A stretch of 64,000 bases of DNA from Verrucomicrobiia bacterium (lineage in GTDB: Bacteria > Verrucomicrobiota > Verrucomicrobiia > Limisphaerales > UBA1319): contig OY760937.1 of assembly GCA_963664225.1 (NCBI GenBank), forward strand, positions 3,872,001-3,936,000, read 5' to 3'. A program made the translations under genes and the position numbers. Below, one piece after another: positions 56,242-64,000 of this stretch. Below the pieces are notes generated by a model. The model did no database searches, was not told the DNA's origin, and saw only the letters and a program-made list of their open reading frames with translations. Positions within the stretch are counted from its first letter, which is position 1; the number at the start of each line of letters is the position of its first letter.

Positions 56242-57702
56242 ATGCAAAATTATCCCAAGCATTATTGCGGTTTAATGGGTATTTACGGCCATCCCAATGC
56301 GGCTGAGCTGACCTATTACGGGCTCTACGCGCTGCAGCATCGGGGGCAGGAGAGCGCGGGCATTGTGACGTCGGACGGCAAGCAATTCCGGGTACACCGG
56401 GGCATGGGATTGGTGCCGCAGGTGTTCACGGGGGACGTGTTGCATAACCTGGTGGGATCGATGGCGGTGGGGCACACGCGGTATTCGACGACGGGGTCGT
56501 CCCACATCCGCAACGCGCAGCCGCTGACGGTGGATTGCGGGCGGGGGCAGATTGCGATCGCGCATAACGGGAATTTGACGAATGCGGCGCAGTTGCGGGA
56601 CGAGCTGGAGTCCCAGGGATCGATTTTTCAGACGACGGTGGACAGCGAGATCATTCTGCACCTGATGGCGCAACCGACGATAGGGGGGAATGAGAATAAT
56701 TTGATCCAGACGATGCACCGGATCGAGGGGGCGTATTCGCTGGTCATCATGACGGAGCAGGAATTGATCGGGGTGCGGGATCCTTTTGGGTTTCGCCCGC
56801 TGGTGCTGGGCAAGGTGGACGATGCGTGGGTGCTGGCGAGTGAGACCTGCGCGCTGGATTTGATTCATGCGCGGTTTGTCCGGGACATCGAACCGGGGGA
56901 GATTGTCATCATCGACAAGAGCGGGGTGCGGTCGATTCAGGCGTTTCCGGACCAAAAACGGCGTTCGTTCTGCATTTTCGAGTTTGTGTATTTTGCGCGG
57001 CCGGACAGCACGATGCAGGGGCGCAGTGTTTACAAGGCGCGGGTGGAGATGGGGCGGCAACTGGCGCGGGAGAATCCGGTGGAGGCGGATCTGGTGATTC
57101 CGGTGCCGGACAGCGGGAATTGCGCGGCGCTGGGGTTCTCGATGGAATCGAAGATTCCCTACGAGATGGCGTTTGTGCGCAACCACTATGTGGGGCGGAG
57201 CTTTTTGCAGCCATCGCAGTTGATTCGGGATTTCAACGTGCGGGTGAAATTGAATTTGATTGAGGAATTGGTGTGCGGGAAGCGGGTGGTGATCGTGGAC
57301 GATTCGATTGTGCGCGGAACGACGTTCAAGACGCGGGTGGCCAATCTCAAGGAGGCGGGGGCGACGGAGGTGCATGTGCGGGTGAGTTGTCCGCCACATC
57401 GCAATCCTTGCGTGTATGGGATCGATTTTCCGGATCGGAGCAAGCTGATGGCGGCGAATTACTCGATTGAGGAGATCCGGCAGTACATGGGGGCGGACTC
57501 GCTGGCGTATTTGTCGCAGGAGGGGATGGTGCGGGCGACGGGATTGCCGGAGGCGGGTTTTTGCATGGCCTGCTATGACGGGAATTATCCGGTGCCTTAC
57601 GATCCGGTGCTCAGCAAGAACATCATGGAGCGGCGGCGCGGACGGGTAATGGGGCTGGGCGAGGCGCTTACCAAGGACGAGATGCAGATCAAACTGCTGT
57701 AA
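56242..57702 (+). CDS. purF: amidophosphoribosyltransferase
   Basis: propeptide then 'CGLMG', 'LQHRGQESAG', 'GHTRYST', 'HNGNL', 'VDDSIVRGTT'. Confidence 0.97.
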   Translation: MQNYPKHYCGLMGIYGHPNAAELTYYGLYALQHRGQESAGIVTSDGKQFRVHRGMGLVPQVFTGDVLHNLVGSMAVGHTRYSTTGSSHIRNAQPLTVDCGRGQIAIAHNGNLTNAAQLRDELESQGSIFQTTVDSEIILHLMAQPTIGGNENNLIQTMHRIEGAYSLVIMTEQELIGVRDPFGFRPLVLGKVDDAWVLASETCALDLIHARFVRDIEPGEIVIIDKSGVRSIQAFPDQKRRSFCIFEFVYFARPDSTMQGRSVYKARVEMGRQLARENPVEADLVIPVPDSGNCAALGFSMESKIPYEMAFVRNHYVGRSFLQPSQLIRDFNVRVKLNLIEELVCGKRVVIVDDSIVRGTTFKTRVANLKEAGATEVHVRVSCPPHRNPCVYGIDFPDRSKLMAANYSIEEIRQYMGADSLAYLSQEGMVRATGLPEAGFCMACYDGNYPVPYDPVLSKNIMERRRGRVMGLGEALTKDEMQIKLL

Positions 57703-57842
57703 AAGAGAGGCGTGGGGCGCTGGTTTTGGATTCATGGGCCAGGCGGCAGGGGTAGTAAATTCGATTTAAGTTGTTTGTAGCGAGCAAGATGTAAGATTGA
57801 TTTTCGGGTGGCAAAGATCGGTCAAAATAATTTAGAAAAACT

Positions 57843-57871
57843 TTGACATGAAAATTGCGGCCCCCTAGATT
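57843..57871 (+). promoter_or_regulatory. sigma70 promoter of the tRNA-Thr-tuf operon
   Basis: TTGACA, 17-nt spacer, TAGATT, GC-rich discriminator. Confidence 0.75.
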
Positions 57872-57990
57872 GGTGGCGGTTTAAGACCGAAAGAAATTGA
57901 AGCATTAAATCCTGACCTTTTTGTAAAAAGGAAGGATTAATGGGTATTTGTCGCTTTGTTCAAGAGTTGAACTTTGCACAAGAGATCCAT

Positions 57991-58066
<76 letters not shown>

Positions 58067-58136
58067 TAATTTGGCTTGGGCTGGAAACGGCCAGTTTGAA
58101 AGAACAAACAGAAAAAACTAAAACACAGGAATAGCA

Positions 58137-59327
58137 ATGGCTAAGGAAGCATTTCAAAGAACGAAACCGCACGTAAATATTGGAACGATTGGACACATCG
58201 ATCATGGCAAGTCCACTCTGACGGCGGCGATTGTCGAAGTGCAGGCAAAGAGGGGTTTGGCGACACCGATTTCCTATGCGGATATCACCAAAGGCGGCAC
58301 GGTTCGCGACGAAACCAAGACGGTGACAATTGCCGTTTCCCATGTGGAATATCAGAGCGAGAAGCGCCATTACGCCCACGTTGACTGTCCAGGACATGCG
58401 GATTTCGTGAAGAACATGATCACCGGCGCGGCGCAGATGGACGGCGCGATTCTGGTGGTGGATGCCTCGGAAGGCCCGATGCCTCAGACCCGCGAGCATG
58501 TGCTGCTGGCCCGCCAGGTGGGCGTGCCCACGATGGTGATTTTCCTCAACAAGGTGGATTTGGTTGACGATCCCGAGTTGCTGGAGCTGGTGGAGATGGA
58601 ATTGCGCGATCTGTTGACCAAGTATGGTTTTCCTGGTGACAAGACTCCGATCATTCGCGGCAGCGCGAAGGCGGCTTTGGCGCACACACCCGAGGGCGAG
58701 AAGGCGATCGCGGATTTGCTGGCGGCGGTGGACGAATACATTCCGTTGCCGCAGCGCGAGATCGACAAGCCGTTCTTGATGAGCATCGAGGATGTGTTCA
58801 ACATTGAAGGTCGCGGAACGGTGGTGACCGGACGTGTGGAACGCGGTGAGTTGAACCGCATGCAGGAAGTCGAGATCGTCGGCTTGAAGGACACGCGCAA
58901 GACGACGGCGACGGACATTGAAATGTTCCGCAAGTTGCTGGACAAGGCGTCGGCCGGTGATAACGTCGGCGTTCTTCTGCGCGGCACGAAGAAAGAGGAT
59001 GTGGAACGCGGAATGGTTTTGGCCAAGCCGGGTTCGATCACGCCTCACACGAAGTTCAAGGCGGAAGTGTATGTGTTGTCGAAAGACGAGGGTGGCCGTC
59101 ACACGCCGTTCTTCAACAAGTATCGTCCGCAGTTCTATTTCCGCACGACGGACGTGACGGGTAATGTGACTTTGCCTGAGGGCGTCGAGATGGTCATGCC
59201 TGGGGACAATGTTTCGGTGGAAATCGAATTGATTGCTCCTGTCGCCATGGAGAAGACACTGCGCTTCGCCATTCGCGAAGGCGGACGCACGATTGGCGCG
59301 GGTCGTATCAGCGAGATTATCGCCTGA
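58137..59327 (+). CDS. tuf: elongation factor Tu
   Basis: 'GHIDHGKST', 'DCPGHADF', 'NKVD', 'GGRHTPFF', '[10 protein letters not shown]'. Confidence 0.98.
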   Translation: MAKEAFQRTKPHVNIGTIGHIDHGKSTLTAAIVEVQAKRGLATPISYADITKGGTVRDETKTVTIAVSHVEYQSEKRHYAHVDCPGHADFVKNMITGAAQMDGAILVVDASEGPMPQTREHVLLARQVGVPTMVIFLNKVDLVDDPELLELVEMELRDLLTKYGFPGDKTPIIRGSAKAALAHTPEGEKAIADLLAAVDEYIPLPQREIDKPFLMSIEDVFNIEGRGTVVTGRVERGELNRMQEVEIVGLKDTRKTTATDIEMFRKLLDKASAGDNVGVLLRGTKKEDVERGMVLAKPGSITPHTKFKAEVYVLSKDEGGRHTPFFNKYRPQFYFRTTDVTGNVTLPEGVEMVMPGDNVSVEIELIAPVAMEKTLRFAIREGGRTIGAGRISEIIA

Positions 59328-59435
59328 TCCGGCGGGATGAGATTTGCCTGGGCGGGGCTGAGAGTTGAAACTCAGCCCTGCCGGGCAAGCGAGGTGGTGG
59401 TCTGTCAGCGCGGGGAATCAGGACAGGCAGGGCTT

Positions 59436-59511
59436 AGGGCGGTAGCTCAATTGGTAGAGTAGCGGTCTCCAAAACCGTTGGTTGGGGGTTCAAGTCCCTC
59501 CCGCCCTGCCA
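59436..59511 (+). tRNA. tRNA-Trp (CCA)
   Basis: AGGGCGG...CCGCCCT-G-CCA, anticodon loop CTCCAAA. Confidence 0.96.
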
Positions 59512-59525
59512 AAACTGGCGATGCC

Positions 59526-59614
59526 GGAGGGGTGGCAGAGCGGTTGATTGCGGCGGTCTTGAAAACCGCTAAGGCCTAAAACCTTCGGGGGTTCGAATCC
59601 CTCCCCCTCCGCCA
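59526..59614 (+). tRNA. tRNA-Ser (TGA)
   Basis: GGAGGGG...CCCCTCC-G-CCA, anticodon loop CTTGAAA, long variable arm, 89 nt. Confidence 0.95.
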
Positions 59615-59628
59615 AGATTCGAGGATTT

Positions 59629-59886
59629 GTGAAAGATTATTATTCGTTAATCATTTGGGTGTTGGTGATCGGGGCTGGATTTGCCTATGCGTGGCGCAAA
59701 GGTCTCCTGCTTCGGTTGTCCAATTATATTCAGGGCACGCAAGAGGAACTGCGCAAATGCACCTGGCCGTCGAAAGAGGAGTTGAAGGGATCGACGGCGG
59801 TGGTGATGGTGTCGATTCTTTTATTGGGCGTGTTCACGGTGGGCGTCGATTTATTCATCACCCTGGTCGTGCGTTTGATAACTTAA
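59629..59886 (+). CDS. secE: preprotein translocase subunit SecE
   Basis: 'ELRKCTWPSKEEL..ST..V' plus TM; position before nusG. Confidence 0.93.
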   Translation: MKDYYSLIIWVLVIGAGFAYAWRKGLLLRLSNYIQGTQEELRKCTWPSKEELKGSTAVVMVSILLLGVFTVGVDLFITLVVRLIT

Positions 59887-59907
59887 GCCCGTTGGTGTAA
59901 TTATAAA

Positions 59908-60459
59908 ATGATGAAAAGCCAATGGTTTGTGCTTCACACTCTGGCCGGACAGGAGCAGCGGGTCAAGGAGAGCATCGAGAAGCGGCTTAAGGCCGAGGAA
60001 ATGGGTGAGTATATCCATGAGGTGCTGGTGCCCATGGAGAAGGTGGCCGAGGTGCGCAATGGGAAGAAGTCGGTGACGACGCGCAAGCTTTATCCCGGGT
60101 ATGTGTTTGTGGACATGCTTTTGTTGGACGATACTGCACGGATCATCGAGAAGCCGTGGTATTTTATCCGGGACACGCAGGGGATCATTGGATTTGTGGG
60201 AGGCGAGAGGCCGACTCCGGCGTCGCCCGAGGAGATTGCGTCGATCAAGGCGCAGATAACGGAGTCCGAGGATCAGGAGAAGCCGAAGGTGAATTTTGAG
60301 ATCGGCGAGACGGTGAAGATCAACGACGGACCGTTTTTGAATTTCAGCGGCGTGATTGAGGAAGTGGATCCGACACGCGGCAAGTTAAAGGTGACTGTGA
60401 ATATATTTGGCCGCAACACGCCGGTCGAATTGGAATATTGGCAAGTGGAGAAAGCATAG
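59908..60459 (+). CDS. nusG: transcription factor NusG
   Basis: 'WFVLHT..GQE', 'YPGYVFV', KOW 'DGPF..F.G', 'IFGRNTPVEL'. Confidence 0.97.
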   Translation: MMKSQWFVLHTLAGQEQRVKESIEKRLKAEEMGEYIHEVLVPMEKVAEVRNGKKSVTTRKLYPGYVFVDMLLLDDTARIIEKPWYFIRDTQGIIGFVGGERPTPASPEEIASIKAQITESEDQEKPKVNFEIGETVKINDGPFLNFSGVIEEVDPTRGKLKVTVNIFGRNTPVELEYWQVEKA

Positions 60460-60465
60460 TTTTTT

Positions 60466-60891
60466 ATGGCAAAAAAGGTAGTAGGCAAGATCAAGTTGCA
60501 GATTCCCGCCGGGCAGGCGAATCCGGCGCCGCCGGTGGGGCCGGCTTTGGGTCAGCAGGGGGTGAACATCATGGCCTTCTGCAAGGAATTTAACGCGGCC
60601 ACGAAGGATCAACCTGGAATGATTATTCCGGTGATCATCACGGTGTTTCAGGATAAATCGTTTACGTTTATCACGAAGAGTCCGCCGGCTTCGATTCTGT
60701 TGAAGAAAGCGGCTGGAGTGGCGACGGCGTCCAAGATGCCCAATAAAGAAAAGGTGGGCAAGGTGACGCGCAAGCAGGTGATGGACATCGTCAAACTGAA
60801 AGCCAAGGATTTAAACGCCAAGGACGACGAGGCGGCATTCCGCATGATTGCCGGGACGGCCCGGAACATGGGAATCGAAATTGTCGGTTAA
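60466..60891 (+). CDS. rplK: 50S ribosomal protein L11
   Basis: '[13 protein letters not shown]', 'FCKEFNA', 'GTARNMG'. Confidence 0.98.
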   Translation: MAKKVVGKIKLQIPAGQANPAPPVGPALGQQGVNIMAFCKEFNAATKDQPGMIIPVIITVFQDKSFTFITKSPPASILLKKAAGVATASKMPNKEKVGKVTRKQVMDIVKLKAKDLNAKDDEAAFRMIAGTARNMGIEIVG

Positions 60892-60901
60892 ACATTAAAC
60901 C

Positions 60902-60930
60902 GCGGGAGAGCGCACGCTCGTTTGAACCGC
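60902..60930 (+). promoter_or_regulatory. putative L1-binding autoregulatory RNA element
   Basis: GCGG-GAG-AGCG-CA-CGCT-CGTTTGAA-CCGC stem with an asymmetric purine-rich internal loop directly before rplA, resembling L1 leaders. Confidence 0.6.
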
Positions 60931-60937
60931 TATAATC

Positions 60938-61636
60938 ATGCCCAGCAAACGTTATAAAAAGGCCTTGGAATTGGTGGATTCCAAGAAGTCTTATCCCTTG
61001 AAGTCCGCCGTCGAGATTCTGACCAAGTTCCCCAAGGCCAAATTCAATGAGACCGTGGATCTGGCGTTCAAGCTTGGGGTGGATCCCAAGCAGAGCGATC
61101 AGATGGTTCGCGGCACGGTGCCATTGCCTCACGGCAGCGGCAAGGTGGTCCGGGTGCTGGTGTTCGCGAAGAGCGGACCGGCGGCGGATGCGGCGACGGC
61201 CGCAGGGGCGGAATTTGTCGGCTTCGATGACATGATCAAGAAATGCACCGAGGGCTGGACGGATTTCGATGTGGCGATTGCCACGCCGGAGGCGATGGGC
61301 GAGGTGCGCAAGCTGGGCAAGGTGCTTGGGCCGCGCGGTTTGATGCCCAATCCCAAGACGGGCACGGTGACGGAAGACACTGCGAAGGCGGTGAAGGAAG
61401 TCAAGGCGGGCCGCGTCGAGTTCAAGGTGGACAAGGCGGGCAACGTGCATGTGCCGGTGGGCAAGGTGACTTTTGCGCCGGAGCAGATTCAGGAGAATGC
61501 GGCGGCGGTGATTCGCGCCGTGGCCAAGGCGCGGCCTTCGAGTGTGAAGGGCGCCTATATCAATAGTTGCACGGTTTCGGCGACGATGAGTCCGCCGGTG
61601 CGGGTGGATGTGCGGGAATTCATCTCGGCTGTTTAA
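60938..61636 (+). CDS. rplA: 50S ribosomal protein L1
   Basis: 'KFNETVD', 'RGTVPLPHG', 'LGPRGLMPNPKTGTV'. Confidence 0.98.
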   Translation: MPSKRYKKALELVDSKKSYPLKSAVEILTKFPKAKFNETVDLAFKLGVDPKQSDQMVRGTVPLPHGSGKVVRVLVFAKSGPAADAATAAGAEFVGFDDMIKKCTEGWTDFDVAIATPEAMGEVRKLGKVLGPRGLMPNPKTGTVTEDTAKAVKEVKAGRVEFKVDKAGNVHVPVGKVTFAPEQIQENAAAVIRAVAKARPSSVKGAYINSCTVSATMSPPVRVDVREFISAV

Positions 61637-61663
61637 TAAGAATTTTCAAGGATTGGATGTATC

Positions 61664-62200
61664 ATGCGTGCTGAAAAGAAATACATTGGCAGCGAATATG
61701 TTGCGCGGCTGAACGCCTCGCCATTTTTCATTATCGTGGATTATCGGGGCCTGGCGGTGCCGCATTTCACTGAATTGCGCAAGCGCCTGACGAAGGCGGG
61801 GGCCGAGATTCATGTCGTTAAGAATTCGATTTTCCGGATCGCGGCGAAGGAAGCCGGCGGCACGGAGTTATCCGGGGAGTTGGCGGGACAACTGGCGATG
61901 GTGACGGGGGCGCAGGATATTTCTGCGACGGCCAAGGTGTTGAAGACCTTCAAGGCGGAGTTTGAGAAGCCGAAGATCCAGTTCGGGTTTTTGGGCAAAC
62001 AACGCCTGGAAGCGGCGGATCTGGTGATTCTGGCGGATCTTCCTTCGATGGATGTGCTGCGTGGAAAGCTGGTGGGTCTGCTGCAAACGCCTGCGACGCG
62101 GGTGGTTCAAGTTTTGTCCACGCCGGCGCAGATGCTGGCGCGTGTGATCAAGGCGCACGCCGAGAAGGCCGAACCGACGGGCGAACCGAAGGCGGAGTAA
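61664..62200 (+). CDS. rplJ: 50S ribosomal protein L10
   Basis: 'DYRGL', 'VVKNS', 'LADLPS'. Confidence 0.96.
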   Translation: MRAEKKYIGSEYVARLNASPFFIIVDYRGLAVPHFTELRKRLTKAGAEIHVVKNSIFRIAAKEAGGTELSGELAGQLAMVTGAQDISATAKVLKTFKAEFEKPKIQFGFLGKQRLEAADLVILADLPSMDVLRGKLVGLLQTPATRVVQVLSTPAQMLARVIKAHAEKAEPTGEPKAE

Positions 62201-62324
62201 GTTATAATTTTGCGGTTGCCCGGAAAGGGGACTGCGGAAACACAAACAAAGTAAATCGTCGGCGGGCATTTTGCCGGCTTAAATTCCCCGCATATCGCGG
62301 GGGGCGACGAGACGGAAAGGTAAC

Positions 62325-62705
62325 ATGGCGGAATTAGATTCTATTATTGAACAGTTGAGCAAATTGACCGTGATGGAAGCGGCCGATCTGGCGAAGAAGC
62401 TTGAAGAGAAGTGGGGCGTGACGGCGGCGGCTCCTGTGGCTGTGGCGGCGGCGGGTGGCGCGGCAGGCGCTCCGGCAGCGGAAGCCAAGACCGCGTTTGA
62501 CGTGATTCTCGTGTCGGTTCCCGCAGACAAGAAGATTGCGGCGATCAAGGTTGTGCGCGAGCTTAAGGCGGGTCTGGGTCTGGCCGAGGCCAAGAAATTG
62601 GTTGAGGAAGCCCCGAAGCCCATCCTTGAAGGCGCGAATAAGGCTGATGCCGATGCCGCCAAGAAAAAACTGGAGGAAGCTGGCGCCAAGGTTGAAGTGA
62701 AGTAA
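62325..62705 (+). CDS. rplL: 50S ribosomal protein L7/L12
   Basis: '[14 protein letters not shown]', '[10 protein letters not shown]', '[10 protein letters not shown]', 'AGAKVEVK'. Confidence 0.98.
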   Translation: MAELDSIIEQLSKLTVMEAADLAKKLEEKWGVTAAAPVAVAAAGGAAGAPAAEAKTAFDVILVSVPADKKIAAIKVVRELKAGLGLAEAKKLVEEAPKPILEGANKADADAAKKKLEEAGAKVEVK

Positions 62706-62909
62706 TTTAGTTGGTCCGGTGATTTTGTTTTTAACCGGACCTCACCCATTTGGGTCGTTCGCGCGCGATGGGCGCGCGAACGGCCAAAAGGGCGTATAAT
62801 ATAGTTCTTTGCAAGCGAGTCCCTGGCTGAACGCGGGGGGCTGGCTTACTGTCATTTAGAGAGTTTAAGTGTAGTGGTATTGGTCAACTGAGATTTTCGA
62901 GGAAAGAAA

Positions 62910-64000
62910 ATGGCTTTGCGAGCACCAGAGAGAATCAATTTCGGCAAAATCAAAGAGATTATTGCCCCCCCGAACATGATTGAGTTGCAGGTTAACTCTT
63001 ACAAGGAGTTCCTGCAGTTGGATACGCCGCCGTCGCGACGTAAGAACATGGGGTTACAAGCCGTTTTCACGGAGGTTTTTCCGATCGAGAGTTACGATGG
63101 GAAGGTGGTATTGGATTACCGGAGTTACGAGATCGGGGATCCAAAGCTGGATTGGCTGGAGTGCCTGCGCGAGGGAGTGACTTTTGGGGCCCCGCTGCAT
63201 GTGACCTTTATTTTGAAGGATGATGCGGGCGGCAAGGAGGAGAAGGTGTTCATGGGGGAACTGCCTCTGATGACTCCTCAGGGCACGTTTGTGATCAACG
63301 GCGCGGAGCGGGTGATTGTGAGCCAGTTGCATCGTTCGCCGGGTCTGGCCTTTGAGGCGACGCAGCATCCGAACGGGAAGATGCTGCATTCGTTCCGGAT
63401 CATACCGGACCGCGGTTCGTGGTATGAGGCGCAGTTCGACACGAGCGATTTGCTTTATGTTTATCTGGATCGCAAGAAACGGCGCCGGAAGTTTTTGACG
63501 ACGACTTTTTTCCGCGCGCTGGGCTATAATTCGGACGCGGATATTTTGAAGTTGTTCTACGATATCGAGGAGATTTCGATCAAGGATGCGGAGGGTCTGG
63601 AGGATTTGCAGAACAAGGTTCTTGTGGCGGACGCGGTGGATCCGGACAAGGCGATTGTGGTGGCGCGGGCGTTCGAGCCGTTGTCCAAGGCGGTGTTGCG
63701 GCAGATTGCCGAGTTGGGCGTGAACAAGGTCCGCGTGGTCGATACGACGGTGGACGATGGCATTGTCATCAAGTGTCTCAAGAAGGATCCGACGAAGAAT
63801 GAGGAGGAGGCTCTCAAGGATATTTACCGGCGGCTGCGTCCTGGCGATCCGCCGACGGCGGCGAATGCGCGGGCGTTGATCAAGCGGTTGTTTTTCGATC
63901 CCAAGCGGTATGATCTGGGCCGGGTGGGCCGTTACAAGATCAATCAGAAGCTGGGACTCCAGGGCAGCGATGATATTCGCATTCTGACGAAGGAGGATCT
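62910..64000 (+). CDS. rpoB: RNA polymerase beta subunit (5' part, runs off the window)
   Basis: GAGG SD, ATG 62910; translates MALRAPERINFGKI...GTFVINGAERVIVSQLHRSPG...RLRPGDPP...YDLGRVGRYKINQKL. Confidence 0.97.
   Translation, partial: MALRAPERINFGKIKEIIAPPNMIELQVNSYKEFLQLDTPPSRRKNMGLQAVFTEVFPIESYDGKVVLDYRSYEIGDPKLDWLECLREGVTFGAPLHVTFILKDDAGGKEEKVFMGELPLMTPQGTFVINGAERVIVSQLHRSPGLAFEATQHPNGKMLHSFRIIPDRGSWYEAQFDTSDLLYVYLDRKKRRRKFLTTTFFRALGYNSDADILKLFYDIEEISIKDAEGLEDLQNKVLVADAVDPDKAIVVARAFEPLSKAVLRQIAELGVNKVRVVDTTVDDGIVIKCLKKDPTKNEEEALKDIYRRLRPGDPPTAANARALIKRLFFDPKRYDLGRVGRYKINQKLGLQGSDDIRILTKED

Overview
GC-rich bacterial chromosomal window, probably Verrucomicrobiota (Pedosphaerales/Limisphaerales-like). 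This is inferred from protein styles such as the FYRV-type sorting-like domains and the divergent EF-Tu switch I. It is mostly housekeeping: a DsrE/F/H-like trio, addB, aroK, dprA, an M3 peptidase, a rhomboid protease, nuoB-L, purS/Q/L/F, and tRNA-Thr-tuf-tRNA-Trp-tRNA-Ser-secE-nusG-rplKAJL-rpoB (partial). It also carries sugar-related accessory genes and a corrinoid/homocysteine-methyltransferase/UroD-like trio. Four things stand out. (1) An intact group II intron (15779-17753) has EBS1/EBS2-like loops complementary to a 7-nt tandem repeat (TTTCGGA), and it sits inside one arm of an inverted repeat made of that unit. (2) A 2-kb modular array of different REP-like palindromes lies between nuoG and nuoH, with a related small insert between nuoH and nuoI. 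All modules are multiples of 3 nt, read in the same open frame, and both ORFs overlap the next nuo start codon. (3) A tRNA-Gln(CTG) with its own promoter lies antisense between nuoE and nuoF. (4) Strand-biased 7-nt and 9-nt short repeats recur in intergenic regions. No CRISPR array, integrase or transposase was found. Protein family calls come from motif recognition by eye, not database searches.
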